In this document: in pieces, positions 30,502-40,509 of the stretch
Layout: every line of letters begins with the position of its first letter
Position numbering within the stretch: the first letter of the stretch is position 1
Assembly (NCBI GenBank): GCA_030680835.1
Contig: JAUXUD010000014.1
Span: 18,965-82,964, forward strand
Reading direction: 5' to 3'
DNA: 64,000 bases
From: Bacteroidota bacterium
GTDB lineage: Bacteria > Bacteroidota > Bacteroidia > UKL13-3
Made by a program: the position numbers and the translations under genes
Notes under the pieces: generated by a model
What the model saw: the letters and a program-made list of their open reading frames with translations, nothing else
Database searches by the model: none
What the model was told of the DNA's origin: nothing

Positions 30502-31836
30502 ATGCACTATCCTAGGGTCCTAATTCTGACAATCAATCGCATTAATAAAACAGATAATTCGAGTAATGGTCTGCTAGTACGAAATCTATTTAATAACTTT
30601 CCACAAAAAAATCTTGCACAGATTTACAGCGGTGGAAGTAATGGTGATGCTGGTTTCTTTGGAAGTTATTATAAAATTGAACAAATAGATCGTAGACTTG
30701 GCCGGTTTTTCTTTAAATTTAAGAATATCACACAAGTGGAAACCAAAAACACATCTAATAACAATAAATCGAACAAGAAGCCAACTTACAAACAATTAAC
30801 TCATTTTTTGGGTGAGCATTTGTTGATGAAAACTGGCCTCTACGAATTGGTATTTAGACCACGCCTTTCCCGGGAAATGATTGAATGGATAGATAACTTC
30901 CATCCTGATATCCTTTTTACTCAAGGATATAATCTGTCATTTACAATCTTACCGCTGATAATATCAAAGCGCATAAAGGTACCTATTGCATATTATCCTG
31001 CCGATGATTGGCCGGATTATTGTTATCTTCCCGAAGAAGGACATGGCAATCTTATCACACTATTTGTTCGAAGTAGAGTAAAAAAGTTATCAAATGACTT
31101 AGTCAGAAAGGCAAGTGTTCATATTGCGTTTAATAACCCAATGAAAAATGAATATCTATGGCGGTATGGAATTGCATTTAATTTATTGATGCAAGGAGAT
31201 GATTTTACCAGATTTGAAGCTATTTCGAGCACAAAAACCAATGATCAAAGTGAATACATAATTGTCTCTACCGGAGATTTCAGTCATCCCAGACTGTCTC
31301 TTTTAGAGGATCTTAACAAAGCATGTGAGATACTTAATGCTGAAGGATTAAATGTCCGTGCAAAAATATTTCCAGCAAATAATTTAGAATATATTATATC
31401 ACAATTGAACCATTGTCAATTCCTTCAATTTGAGAGTTGCCCAACTCATGAAGGCATGGTGCCAGTTCTATTGAGTGCAGATATTTTGTTTTTACCTGAA
31501 CGTTTTGGCACTAATCCTGAACGTGTTCGCCTTAGTGTTTCATCAAAGGCTCATCTTTTTATGTTTAGTGGGAAAGCGATTATTGTATATTCGCATCCAT
31601 TAACAGGTATATTACGTTATGCAAAAGAAGAAGGGTGGGCCTCAATTGTTGAAAAACGTAGCCCTGAAAATTTAGCAATTACCCTAAGGATGTTATTAAC
31701 AGATTCAGTCAAGAGGCAACAACTCATTGACAGGGCCCACCTAATTGCTACAAAAAATCACTTACTCCCTCAAATTCAAGATAATTTTTGCAAATTACTT
31801 CAAGCAGGAATCCAAGATAATTTTATTTCAAAATAA
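30502..31836 (+). CDS. hypothetical protein (possibly glycosyltransferase-like)
   Basis: Long ORF in operon frame. No firm motif. Confidence 0.3.
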   Translation: MHYPRVLILTINRINKTDNSSNGLLVRNLFNNFPQKNLAQIYSGGSNGDAGFFGSYYKIEQIDRRLGRFFFKFKNITQVETKNTSNNNKSNKKPTYKQLTHFLGEHLLMKTGLYELVFRPRLSREMIEWIDNFHPDILFTQGYNLSFTILPLIISKRIKVPIAYYPADDWPDYCYLPEEGHGNLITLFVRSRVKKLSNDLVRKASVHIAFNNPMKNEYLWRYGIAFNLLMQGDDFTRFEAISSTKTNDQSEYIIVSTGDFSHPRLSLLEDLNKACEILNAEGLNVRAKIFPANNLEYIISQLNHCQFLQFESCPTHEGMVPVLLSADILFLPERFGTNPERVRLSVSSKAHLFMFSGKAIIVYSHPLTGILRYAKEEGWASIVEKRSPENLAITLRMLLTDSVKRQQLIDRAHLIATKNHLLPQIQDNFCKLLQAGIQDNFISK

Positions 31837-31846
31837 AACATATTAA

Positions 31847-32917
31847 GTGGTTATGAAAAAGAATCAAATGTGTGAGGATCAGAAACGCCATCGTTATATT
31901 TTAATGCGTTGGCAACAATATGAGAAATTGTTTTTACCAAGCATAGATGGGAGGTTAATACAATCCAGTCTAACAATTCATAAAAGTACGAGTATTAAGG
32001 GCAAAATATTTCATAAAATTCTTGAATCTAAAACATCAATTAGAATATTAGAACAATTTTCGATTGTTAGCTATGAGGAACCCAAAAGGTTCGGTAGTTT
32101 TAGGTGGAAAGAGTGGAAGAATCAAGCACTTAAAATTCTTGATATTAATGAAGGTTGGGTATCCTTTTCATTCCCTCAAAATGAAGACAGAAGATTTGTC
32201 GCTATTTTATTAGACAACAATGCTCAAGCACGAGGGTTTGCTAAAGTGGCTTTAGATGAAAAAACAAAAACATTATTCCAAAATGAAGTAAATGGATTGA
32301 GATATTTTTCACAAATAAAACTGAAGCATTTTTGTGTTCCTAGCGTTCTTTTTGAAGGAGAATTTGAAGGAGCTTATTACTTTATTCAGAGTTTAATCCC
32401 TCATAAAACAAATTATTACTCAAATTTTAATGACAAAAATTGGATTGAATTAGTAAATGAAATAATATCATCTAGTATTTCTCATGAGACACTACGAACT
32501 CAACCATGGTGGACAAAATTAAAAACAATGTCAACCCCGACAGTTAATCTCATTCCTTTTTTAGAAAGTGAAGTAACTGAATCTATTCAAGTTTGTAATA
32601 CCCATGGAGATTTAGGTCCTGGCAATATAAGATTTCAAAATAACAATTTCTGGATTTATGATTGGGAAGGATTCAACAAACAAGCACCAATAATGACAGA
32701 TTATTTGTCATTCGTTATTGAACATTTCATTAAGTCCCCATTTTTAAGCTATAGCAATAAAGCAAATAAAATACTTTATTATTTATCTGAAAACATCCCT
32801 TATGCAAGCAAATGTAATATTGCACTAGCTTTAGCATATTTGTCGACTAGTAGAAATTGGACATTAAATGATAAAATGTCACTTGAATTGTGCAAAGCAT
32901 TATTACGTAGAAATTGA
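31847..32917 (+). CDS. protein kinase-like phosphotransferase (APH/choline kinase fold), a candidate polysaccharide-terminus kinase
   Basis: HGDLGPGNI (Brenner motif) and IYDWEGF (DxE/D) are characteristic of the APH/WbdD kinase fold. Confidence 0.6.
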   Translation: MVMKKNQMCEDQKRHRYILMRWQQYEKLFLPSIDGRLIQSSLTIHKSTSIKGKIFHKILESKTSIRILEQFSIVSYEEPKRFGSFRWKEWKNQALKILDINEGWVSFSFPQNEDRRFVAILLDNNAQARGFAKVALDEKTKTLFQNEVNGLRYFSQIKLKHFCVPSVLFEGEFEGAYYFIQSLIPHKTNYYSNFNDKNWIELVNEIISSSISHETLRTQPWWTKLKTMSTPTVNLIPFLESEVTESIQVCNTHGDLGPGNIRFQNNNFWIYDWEGFNKQAPIMTDYLSFVIEHFIKSPFLSYSNKANKILYYLSENIPYASKCNIALALAYLSTSRNWTLNDKMSLELCKALLRRN

Positions 32918-32959
32918 CAGTAAAAGTAATCACAACTAAAAAAATAAAATCAATAAAAA

Positions 32960-33727
32960 ATGGAAAAATTAAATAAAAATGAAGACTATAAGGATTATTA
33001 CTTATCAAAAGAATCTGCCATTGAGTATGATGAAGTATCATACAAAGAAGGAACTTATGGATCCGTCTTATGGGAAATTGAAAAAGAAAAATTAATAAAC
33101 CATTTAAAAAATTTCTGCAATACAAATAAGAATATAAGATATTTGGATTTTGCTTGTGGAACTGGTAGAATTGTGTCATTAGTTGAGGCCTTTGTTGAAG
33201 AATCTAACGGAATAGATATTAGTCAGTCAATGCTAGATAGAGCAGCACAAAAAACCAAACATACAAATTTGATTCAGGGAGATATTACCAAAGATGTAAA
33301 TATTATTAAAGGTAAATATGACCTGATCACAACTTTTAGATTTGTTTTAAATGCAAATCCTGAATTAAGAGAAGAGGCTCTTGGAATATTAAGTGAAAAA
33401 TTACAATCCAGAGATAGTTGGTTAATATTCAATATGCATACAAATAAATATAGTTATGCATTTTTGAGTTATTTATGGATTAAAATTTTTGGTCAATCAA
33501 AAGATAAAGACCTTAAAAGATTTATGTCAATTAATGATTGCAAATTACTCGCAAGGAAAGCTCATCTGGATATCGTAAAAATAGAAGGTTTGGGATTTCT
33601 TTCCAGTAAGATTTTCAGGATACTTCCACACTTTCTTGGACTTAATATCGAAAAGACACTTTCAAAAATTCCATTGATAAATCTATTGGGAACCGACTTA
33701 ATATTTTTCTGTAAAAAAAAGGAATAG
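32960..33727 (+). CDS. class I SAM-dependent methyltransferase
   Basis: YLDFACGTGR (motif I). Confidence 0.75.
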   Translation: MEKLNKNEDYKDYYLSKESAIEYDEVSYKEGTYGSVLWEIEKEKLINHLKNFCNTNKNIRYLDFACGTGRIVSLVEAFVEESNGIDISQSMLDRAAQKTKHTNLIQGDITKDVNIIKGKYDLITTFRFVLNANPELREEALGILSEKLQSRDSWLIFNMHTNKYSYAFLSYLWIKIFGQSKDKDLKRFMSINDCKLLARKAHLDIVKIEGLGFLSSKIFRILPHFLGLNIEKTLSKIPLINLLGTDLIFFCKKKE

Positions 33728-33737
33728 ATTTATTCAA

Positions 33738-34886
33738 ATGATACAGCCTACCTTTTATTTTTATACTAACCTTCTTGCTCCATACATGTTTCACCGTTGG
33801 AAGATGATATCAGAGGCATTTCCAGGCAGCATGGTCATTTTAACAAGAAAGGCCGATCCGGGAAGACCCTGGCAATACCAACACAAAGAAATGGACTTTC
33901 CTTGTGTTAATTTTCCGGAGACCTTAAGCCTTTCAAATCATTTATCCTGGTCAAAAGGACTAAGAAAGTTTGTGAGGAAAACTGCTACTCTCCAAACTAT
34001 TCACCTGTTCGAAGATATTTCAGGATTAAACATGCTTAATGTAATGTATGCGGCAAAAAGCAAGCTTTTTTTATTAATAAATGATGGGGGATTTGTTCAA
34101 ACAACGCAACGATACTCTCAGAAACTTAGATGGAATTTGATTGGTCAGAAATGCTTTGGCGCAATAACACCAGGTGAAACAGGTAAGCAATATACAACAG
34201 CCTGGGGTTTTCCGGCAGAAAAAATCTATAACAGTTATTTAAGTCCTGACATGGAAAACTTTTCAAGTTACCGTGACAGTGAACAGGCTAAAAAAGATCG
34301 CAATGAGATCCGAATTGGACTCGGTTTAAATGATAAAGATATTTTAGTGCTTTGTAATAGTCGTTTACTCGACTGGAAACGAATTGAGGATCTTGCAGAA
34401 TCAATACCTTTTTTATCAGAAGGTGCAAAAAACAGAATTTTTCTCCTCATGATCGGAAATGGCCCCTATAAGGGTCCACTGGATTTATTGCAAAGTTTGA
34501 AACATTTTCGATTTAAATGGATCCCTGCAGTCTCCTATGAGGAAATAAAAAAATATTATGCTGCTTCCGATCTTTTAGTTCTGCCAAGTGAAGGCGACAT
34601 ATGGGGACTGGTAATCAATGAGGCATTATCAATGGGGAAACCGGTTGTATGTACCGACTGTATTGGAGCATCCGACCTGGTAAAAAATGGATGGAACGGA
34701 TTTAAAGTTGAGAAAAGAAATCCGAAATCTTTTGCAGAATCAATAGAAAAATTAGTATTGGATGATCAATTACATCAAGTTATGTCATCAAATGCGCGAA
34801 CAATCGAAAAAACCTGGCACAGTGGATTGTTCATAAATGAATTGGAGAGAGTGGTAAAAGATATTTACTTAAAAAATAGCCATTAA
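33738..34886 (+). CDS. glycosyltransferase family 4
   Basis: LPSEGDIWGLVINEALSMGKPVVCTD. Confidence 0.7.
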   Translation: MIQPTFYFYTNLLAPYMFHRWKMISEAFPGSMVILTRKADPGRPWQYQHKEMDFPCVNFPETLSLSNHLSWSKGLRKFVRKTATLQTIHLFEDISGLNMLNVMYAAKSKLFLLINDGGFVQTTQRYSQKLRWNLIGQKCFGAITPGETGKQYTTAWGFPAEKIYNSYLSPDMENFSSYRDSEQAKKDRNEIRIGLGLNDKDILVLCNSRLLDWKRIEDLAESIPFLSEGAKNRIFLLMIGNGPYKGPLDLLQSLKHFRFKWIPAVSYEEIKKYYAASDLLVLPSEGDIWGLVINEALSMGKPVVCTDCIGASDLVKNGWNGFKVEKRNPKSFAESIEKLVLDDQLHQVMSSNARTIEKTWHSGLFINELERVVKDIYLKNSH

Positions 34887-34964
34887 TGCTGTCATTATTA
34901 ACATTCAAAAAGTTTTAATAAATCAAAAAATATTTTACTTCAATCCTGAAAATAATATTCAATT

Positions 34965-35339
34965 ATGGCCGAGATAATCAATCTGAATAAATATACCGAC
35001 AAACGGGGTAATTTAATAGTAATCGAAAAAGTACTACCCTTTACGATCAAAAGAGTCTTTTATATCTACGGTGTTGATGATTCTGTCAGAGGCAATCACC
35101 GTCATAAAACAACCATTCAAGCTGCAGTTTCAATTCAGGGAAGTTGCAGAATTTCGAATAAAAGCGGAATAGGAAATGCTATTGAAGAATTTTCTTTGGA
35201 TACCCCTTCTAAATGCCTTCTTATTAACCCTGAAGACTATCATTGGATGGATAACTTTTCAAAGGATTGTATTTTAATGGTTTTTGCCTCAGAGTATTTT
35301 GACAAAAACGATTATATTTATGAGAACTACCATGATTGA
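34965..35339 (+). CDS. WxcM-like/FdtA-family NDP-4-keto-6-deoxyhexose 3,4-ketoisomerase
   Basis: RGNLIVIEK...KRVFYIYGV...RGNHRHK. Confidence 0.65.
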   Translation: MAEIINLNKYTDKRGNLIVIEKVLPFTIKRVFYIYGVDDSVRGNHRHKTTIQAAVSIQGSCRISNKSGIGNAIEEFSLDTPSKCLLINPEDYHWMDNFSKDCILMVFASEYFDKNDYIYENYHD

Positions 35340-36414
35340 TTACGAAAATTTAGGCAACCTAAACGCTCCCTTTTTTGAGGAATACAAATCCTCTTTTTCA
35401 CGAACGCTCGAATCGGGTTGGTATATTTTGGGTGAAAATGTAAAGAAGTTTGAAATTGACTATGCGCAATATTGCGGAACAAATTATTGTATTGGCCTGG
35501 CATCCGGGTTAGATGCCTTACATCTGGCAATTCGTTGTTTTGATTTTCCTTCCGGAACAGAGATTATAGTTCCTTCAAATACCTATATAGCTACAATATT
35601 ATCAATTGTGCAAAATGGTTTTAAGCCTGTTCTGGTAGAACCTGATATTAAAACATATAATATCAATCCCACAAAAATAGAAGAAAAAATTACACCCAAT
35701 ACACGTGCTATAATGTTGGTACATCTATATGGCAAATGTTGCGATATGGAACCTATACTTTTTGTTGCAAAGAAATACGGATTGAAGGTAATTGAAGATT
35801 GCGCCCAATCTCATGGAAGTAAGTACAAAGGTCAAATTTCTGGTTCTTTTGGTGATTTTGGCGCTCATAGTTTCTACCCAACAAAAAATTTAGGAGCATT
35901 GGGCGATGCAGGAGCTGCAACAACAAATGATATTTTACTTGCCGAAAAACTTAAAGCATTGAGAAACTATGGTTCTAAAGTTAGATATGTGAATGAATAT
36001 GTTGGCTATAATTCACGCCTCGATGAAATGCAGGCTGGTTTTTTATCAATAAAATTAGCTTCGCTTAATGCGATTAACGAACATAAACGCAAGTTAGCAA
36101 AACTATATTTAGATAATCTTAATGTTGAGTTTATAAAACCAGTTGTAGACAAAGACTATTATGATGTATACCACATTTTTAACATTCGACACGCCAAACG
36201 TGATCAATTAAAAGAATATCTGTTATTGCATGGAATAAAGACAGAAATTCATTACCCGATTGCACCGAATAAACAAAAGGCAATGCAGGGTATCATTACC
36301 GGGAATTATCCTGTTTCAGAGGAAATTCACAATACTACATTAAGTTTACCTATTTCATTTTGTCATACAGACGAAGAAATTTACCGGGTTATAGAAACCC
36401 TAAACAAATTTTGA
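35332..36414 (+). CDS. DegT/DnrJ/EryC1 aminotransferase (FdtB/QdtB-like, dTDP-3-amino-3,6-dideoxyhexose forming)
   Basis: PLP-Lys motif FYPTKNLGALGDAGA. The ATG at 35332 overlaps the upstream stop. Confidence 0.75.
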   Translation: MIDYENLGNLNAPFFEEYKSSFSRTLESGWYILGENVKKFEIDYAQYCGTNYCIGLASGLDALHLAIRCFDFPSGTEIIVPSNTYIATILSIVQNGFKPVLVEPDIKTYNINPTKIEEKITPNTRAIMLVHLYGKCCDMEPILFVAKKYGLKVIEDCAQSHGSKYKGQISGSFGDFGAHSFYPTKNLGALGDAGAATTNDILLAEKLKALRNYGSKVRYVNEYVGYNSRLDEMQAGFLSIKLASLNAINEHKRKLAKLYLDNLNVEFIKPVVDKDYYDVYHIFNIRHAKRDQLKEYLLLHGIKTEIHYPIAPNKQKAMQGIITGNYPVSEEIHNTTLSLPISFCHTDEEIYRVIETLNKF

Positions 36415-36415
36415 G

Positions 36416-37444
36416 TTGAAATATAACTTTTGCACACTGTTCGACTCCTATTACCTCACGAGGGGCATGGCTCTTTATGATTCGTTATTGCAGCATTGTG
36501 AAAGTTTTCATTTGTATATTTATTCATTTGACGAGGAGTCTTATATTAAACTAAAATCACTCAATCTTCAGCATGCGACAATTGTACCTCTTGTCGAATT
36601 TGAAACAAAAGAATTACTGAATGTTAAAGAGAGTAGAACCATAGCAGAATATTGCTGGACTTGCACGGCATCAACTATTTGGCATACTTTTAAGCATTAT
36701 AAAGTAGATCATTGTACATACCTTGATGCTGATATGTTGTTTTTTTCCAATCCTGAACCTATCTTCAATGAAATCGGCGAAAGGGCAATTGCCTTTACGG
36801 AACATGATTTTTCATCGAATTTAAAAGCATCTGAAATTTATGGGAAATATTGTGTTCAATTTATGTATTTTAAGAATACAACTATTGGTTTGCATGCCCT
36901 GGACTGGTGGCGGCTCCAATGTATCGAATGGTGTTTTGCCAAATTAGAGATTGAACGATACGCAGATCAGAAATATCTTGAGTTTTTTGAAGAAAAATTC
37001 GGTGATGTTTGCATTATTAAGAACATTGGTTGTGGCGTTGCTCCCTGGAATATTTCTAACTATAAAGAAGTTGTTGGTTCAGAAAACAATTTTAAACTCC
37101 GGATAACTCATAAAAACGGCTTAAATGGGGAGTTGATTTTTTATCACTTTCAGGGGTTAAAAATTATCGAAAAAGAAAATGTTATTTTAAGTGAGGCTTC
37201 AGTTGCCCCAATCAAAAAAGTTTTCTTAGAGTTGATTTATAAACCTTATATTCATAAAGTAGTTTTTAATAAGTATCAGCTACTTGGAGAAAGAGTGAAC
37301 CCAAAGCCAATAGTATTTCACAGACCATTAAAAGTTGCATTAAGTCTTTTTATAAAGCAACAACTAAAACAGTTTATTTGGGTCAGGTATTTATTTTATA
37401 AGATCAAAAGGAATAGATATTCACGTCCCAAAAATATTGAGTAA
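36416..37444 (+). CDS. putative GT-A (DxD) nucleotide-diphospho-sugar transferase
   Basis: YLDADMLFF is a DxD motif. TTG start at 36416. Confidence 0.45.
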   Translation: MKYNFCTLFDSYYLTRGMALYDSLLQHCESFHLYIYSFDEESYIKLKSLNLQHATIVPLVEFETKELLNVKESRTIAEYCWTCTASTIWHTFKHYKVDHCTYLDADMLFFSNPEPIFNEIGERAIAFTEHDFSSNLKASEIYGKYCVQFMYFKNTTIGLHALDWWRLQCIEWCFAKLEIERYADQKYLEFFEEKFGDVCIIKNIGCGVAPWNISNYKEVVGSENNFKLRITHKNGLNGELIFYHFQGLKIIEKENVILSEASVAPIKKVFLELIYKPYIHKVVFNKYQLLGERVNPKPIVFHRPLKVALSLFIKQQLKQFIWVRYLFYKIKRNRYSRPKNIE

Positions 37445-37455
37445 TTTTAATAAAC

Positions 37456-38487
37456 ATGTTAAATAAAAAAGTATTATTAATTACCGGTGGAACAGGTTCA
37501 TTCGGAAATGCGGTCTTAAATCGATTTTTGAATACTGATCATTTTAAAGAAATCAGAATATTTTCAAGGGATGAAAAAAAACAGGACGATATGAGGAATC
37601 AATTTAAGAATGACAAATTGAAATTCTATATCGGCGATGTACGTGATTTTAATAGCATTGAGAGGGCAATGCGAGGAGTAGATTATGTATTTCATGCCGC
37701 CGCACTAAAACAGGTGCCATCTTGTGAGTTTTTCCCTATTGAAGCTGCAAAAACAAATGTATTTGGCACACAAAATGTGATTGACGCTGCTGCAGCAAAT
37801 AATGTAAAAAAAGTTATTTGTTTAAGCACAGACAAGGCTGCTTATCCAATAAATGCAATGGGAATATCAAAAGCCTTGATGGAAAAAGTAGCAGTGGCTG
37901 CATCCAGAAGTCTAACCAACACCACAGTTTGTCTGACAAGATATGGAAATGTGATGGCCTCAAGGGGCTCCGTAATTCCTCTGTTTTTAAAACAAATCAA
38001 ATCCGGCCAACCCATAACAATTACCGACCAAAAAATGACAAGGTTCCTTATGTCATTGGAGGACGCTGTTGAGCTGGTATTATTTGCCTTTGAACATGGT
38101 AACCAGGGTGATTTATTTGTAAACAAAGCACCGGCAGGAACGATTGGTGACCTGGCTCAGGCGTTGAAGGAAATTTGTGAGGCTAATACAGAAATAAAAA
38201 TCATTGGAACGCGACATGGAGAAAAATTATATGAAACACTTTGTACCCGTGAAGAGATGAAGAAAGCTGAAGATATGGGAGAATTTTACAGAGTTCCTGC
38301 TGATAACAGGGATTTGAATTATGCCCAGTATTTCTCTGAAGGAGAACAAGACATATCCCTGATTGAGGATTATCATTCACACAATACAACCCAATTAGAT
38401 ATTGAAGGAATGAAAAAACTATTAATGAAGTTGCCTTTAATACGGAAAGAGGTGTTTGGAGAAGATGTAGCTCAAATGCCGGGTTAG
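37456..38487 (+). CDS. UDP-N-acetylglucosamine 4,6-dehydratase/5-epimerase (CapE/FnlA/WbjB family)
   Basis: MLNKKVLLITGGTGSFGNAVLNRFL and the 343-aa length are typical of CapE/FnlA. Confidence 0.85.
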   Translation: MLNKKVLLITGGTGSFGNAVLNRFLNTDHFKEIRIFSRDEKKQDDMRNQFKNDKLKFYIGDVRDFNSIERAMRGVDYVFHAAALKQVPSCEFFPIEAAKTNVFGTQNVIDAAAANNVKKVICLSTDKAAYPINAMGISKALMEKVAVAASRSLTNTTVCLTRYGNVMASRGSVIPLFLKQIKSGQPITITDQKMTRFLMSLEDAVELVLFAFEHGNQGDLFVNKAPAGTIGDLAQALKEICEANTEIKIIGTRHGEKLYETLCTREEMKKAEDMGEFYRVPADNRDLNYAQYFSEGEQDISLIEDYHSHNTTQLDIEGMKKLLMKLPLIRKEVFGEDVAQMPG

Positions 38488-38488
38488 G

Positions 38489-38636
38489 AGAAAGTAAAAA
38501 GTAAAAAGTAAAAAGTAAAAAGTAAAAAGTAAAAAGTAAAAAGTAAAAAGTGAAAATTGAAAAGTGAAAAGTAAAAAGTAAAAAGTAAAAAGTTAAAAGT
38601 TAAAAGAGAAAAGAAAATAGTGAATAGTAAAAAGTA
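38489..38636. repeat. heptanucleotide tandem array (AAAAGTA)n, about 18 to 20 units with a few variant units
   Basis: Read directly: agtaaaaagtaaaaagtaaaaag... The minus-strand 74-aa ORF here is a repeat artefact (FTFYFLLFTF...). Confidence 0.9.
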
Positions 38637-38719
38637 ATTAGTTTCAGTGCCAACCACATGAATCACTTCACACCTATCCATACTTACTTTTGCCTTTTTA
38701 CTACTCACAAGAATCTAAA

Positions 38720-39133
38720 ATGTCCCCTAAAATAATCAAAGGTAACATTCACTCTGACTCAAGAGGAACATTGTATTATAATAATGATTTTGATGCTTCT
38801 CAAATCAAGCGAATTTATTTTATTGAAAATATAGACACTGATTTTATAAGAGGCTGGCAGGGACATAAGATTGAACAAAGGTGGTTTTCGGCTGTACTTG
38901 GATCTTTTAGAATTAGCATCTTGCCAATAGTGAGTTTTGAATCTTCTACTCAGAAAGTGAAGCCTCTTATATTTGAACTTTTTTCAAAACAACTGGACGT
39001 TTTGCATACACCTGGGGGTTATGTAACCGCCATTCAGGCATTGGAATCAAACGCTAAATTATTGGTAATGGCCGATTACCATTTAGGAGAGATAAATGAC
39101 GAATATCGATTTGAAGTAAAAAGTATAAAGTAA
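38720..39133 (+). CDS. small WxcM-like cupin-domain protein (putative sugar ketoisomerase-like)
   Basis: SDSRGTLYY...IKRIYFI...RGWQGHK resembles the FdtA/WxcM C-terminal domain. The ATG at 38720 is chosen over the TTG at 38690. Confidence 0.45.
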   Translation: MSPKIIKGNIHSDSRGTLYYNNDFDASQIKRIYFIENIDTDFIRGWQGHKIEQRWFSAVLGSFRISILPIVSFESSTQKVKPLIFELFSKQLDVLHTPGGYVTAIQALESNAKLLVMADYHLGEINDEYRFEVKSIK

Positions 39134-39245
39134 AAAGTATAAAGTAATATCAATTCCTTAGTAACTTTTATCTTTTCCCTTTTATCTTTTCCCTTTCCCC
39201 CATTCACTTTTTACTTTTGCCTTTTTACTTTTGCCTTATATCTAA
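39113..39245. repeat. AAAAGTA/TACTTTT-derived repeat block spanning the cupin gene 3' end and the intergenic region
   Basis: aagtaaaaagtataaagtaaaaagtataaagtaa, then tttttacttttgcctttttacttttgcc. The 18-mer TACTTTTGCCTTTTTACT also occurs at 38682-38699 upstream of the gene. Confidence 0.8.
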
Positions 39246-39250
39246 ATATT

Positions 39251-40369
39251 ATGCTTAAAATAGGAATTACTGGCCAATCTGGTTTTATAGGAACACATTT
39301 ATATAACAATCTGGGATTACACCCGGAAGAATTTGTTCGTATTGATTTTCAAGATAGTTTTTTTGAAAATGAAACCGATTTAGATGCATTCGTTTCGCAA
39401 TGTGATGTAATTATACATTTGGCAGCTATGAACCGTCACAATGATCCGCAAGTGATTTATGACACGAATATTGGATTGGTTCAGAAATTAATCACATCTT
39501 TAGAAATATTAAAAAGCAAAGCTCATATTTTGTTTTCCTCCTCCTCTCAGGAGGAGAAAGACAATCTTTATGGGAAATCTAAAAAAGAAGGAAGAGAATT
39601 ATTAATTAAATGGGCTGAAACTTCGGGAGGAAAATTTTCGGGAATGATTATTCCTAATGTATTCGGACCCTTTGGGCACCCAAATTACAATTCATTTATT
39701 GCCACTTTTAGCCATAAATTAACCCATGGTGAAATACCAAAACTTGAGGTAGATGGTTCAGTAAAATTAATTTATGTTGGAGAATTGGTGGCTGAAATTC
39801 TGTCGGAAATCAGAAGTGGAAAAGGTAATAATGAGTTTATAATTCCATATACTTCTGAATCAAAAGTTTCAGAAATATTAAATTTATTAGAAATATACAA
39901 GGAACAATATTTTGTAAAAGGAGAAATTCCAACCATCAACAACCGCTTTGAATTAAATTTATTCAACACCTTTCGTTGTTATATGGATATTGCCAACCAT
40001 TTCCCTTTTAAATACATACAACACACCGATCAAAGAGGTTCGTTTGTTGAAATTATTCGCTTAGGAATTGGCGGGCAAGTATCTTTCTCCACTACTGTGC
40101 CAGGCATCACAAGAGGAAATCATTTTCATACACGGAAGATTGAAAGGTTTTCTGTAATTAAAGGGAAAGCATTGATACAGCTTCGAAAAATTGGAAGTAC
40201 AAAAGTATTAGACTTTTACCTGGATGGCAATGAACCCGCCTATGTTGATATGCCTATATGGTATACGCATAATATAAAGAACATTGGTGATGAAGTATTA
40301 TACACCAACTTTTGGATAAATGAATTTTATGATGTGAACGATCCGGATACGTATTTTGAAACAGTATAG
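39251..40369 (+). CDS. bifunctional UDP-2-acetamido-2,6-dideoxy-hexulose 3-epimerase/reductase (CapF/FnlB/WbjC family)
   Basis: The N-terminal Rossmann region is GITGQSGFIGTHL. There is a C-terminal cupin region. It lies between the CapE and CapG homologues. Confidence 0.75.
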   Translation: MLKIGITGQSGFIGTHLYNNLGLHPEEFVRIDFQDSFFENETDLDAFVSQCDVIIHLAAMNRHNDPQVIYDTNIGLVQKLITSLEILKSKAHILFSSSSQEEKDNLYGKSKKEGRELLIKWAETSGGKFSGMIIPNVFGPFGHPNYNSFIATFSHKLTHGEIPKLEVDGSVKLIYVGELVAEILSEIRSGKGNNEFIIPYTSESKVSEILNLLEIYKEQYFVKGEIPTINNRFELNLFNTFRCYMDIANHFPFKYIQHTDQRGSFVEIIRLGIGGQVSFSTTVPGITRGNHFHTRKIERFSVIKGKALIQLRKIGSTKVLDFYLDGNEPAYVDMPIWYTHNIKNIGDEVLYTNFWINEFYDVNDPDTYFETV

Positions 40370-40370
40370 A

Positions 40371-40421
40371 GGTGATTAGTGACTTGTAACTGGTGATTAG
40401 TGACTTGTAACTGGTGATTAG
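40371..40421. repeat. 21-bp direct repeat GGTGATTAGTGACTTGTAACT, 2 full copies plus 1 partial
   Basis: Read directly. A complementary or inverted counterpart lies at 40876-40930. Confidence 0.85.
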
Positions 40422-40509
40422 TTTTAGGACATTTTGAACCAGTTAATTTTAAATTAAAGGTTTCTCTATCATGCATTAACCGCGATTCACCAATCACCAA
40501 TCACCCCAT

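Noticed and set aside
38489-38636. Heptamer tandem array considered as a possible CRISPR array
   Set aside because: Units are 7 bp with no intervening unique spacers. CRISPR repeats are 24-48 bp with similarly sized spacers, and no cas genes are present.
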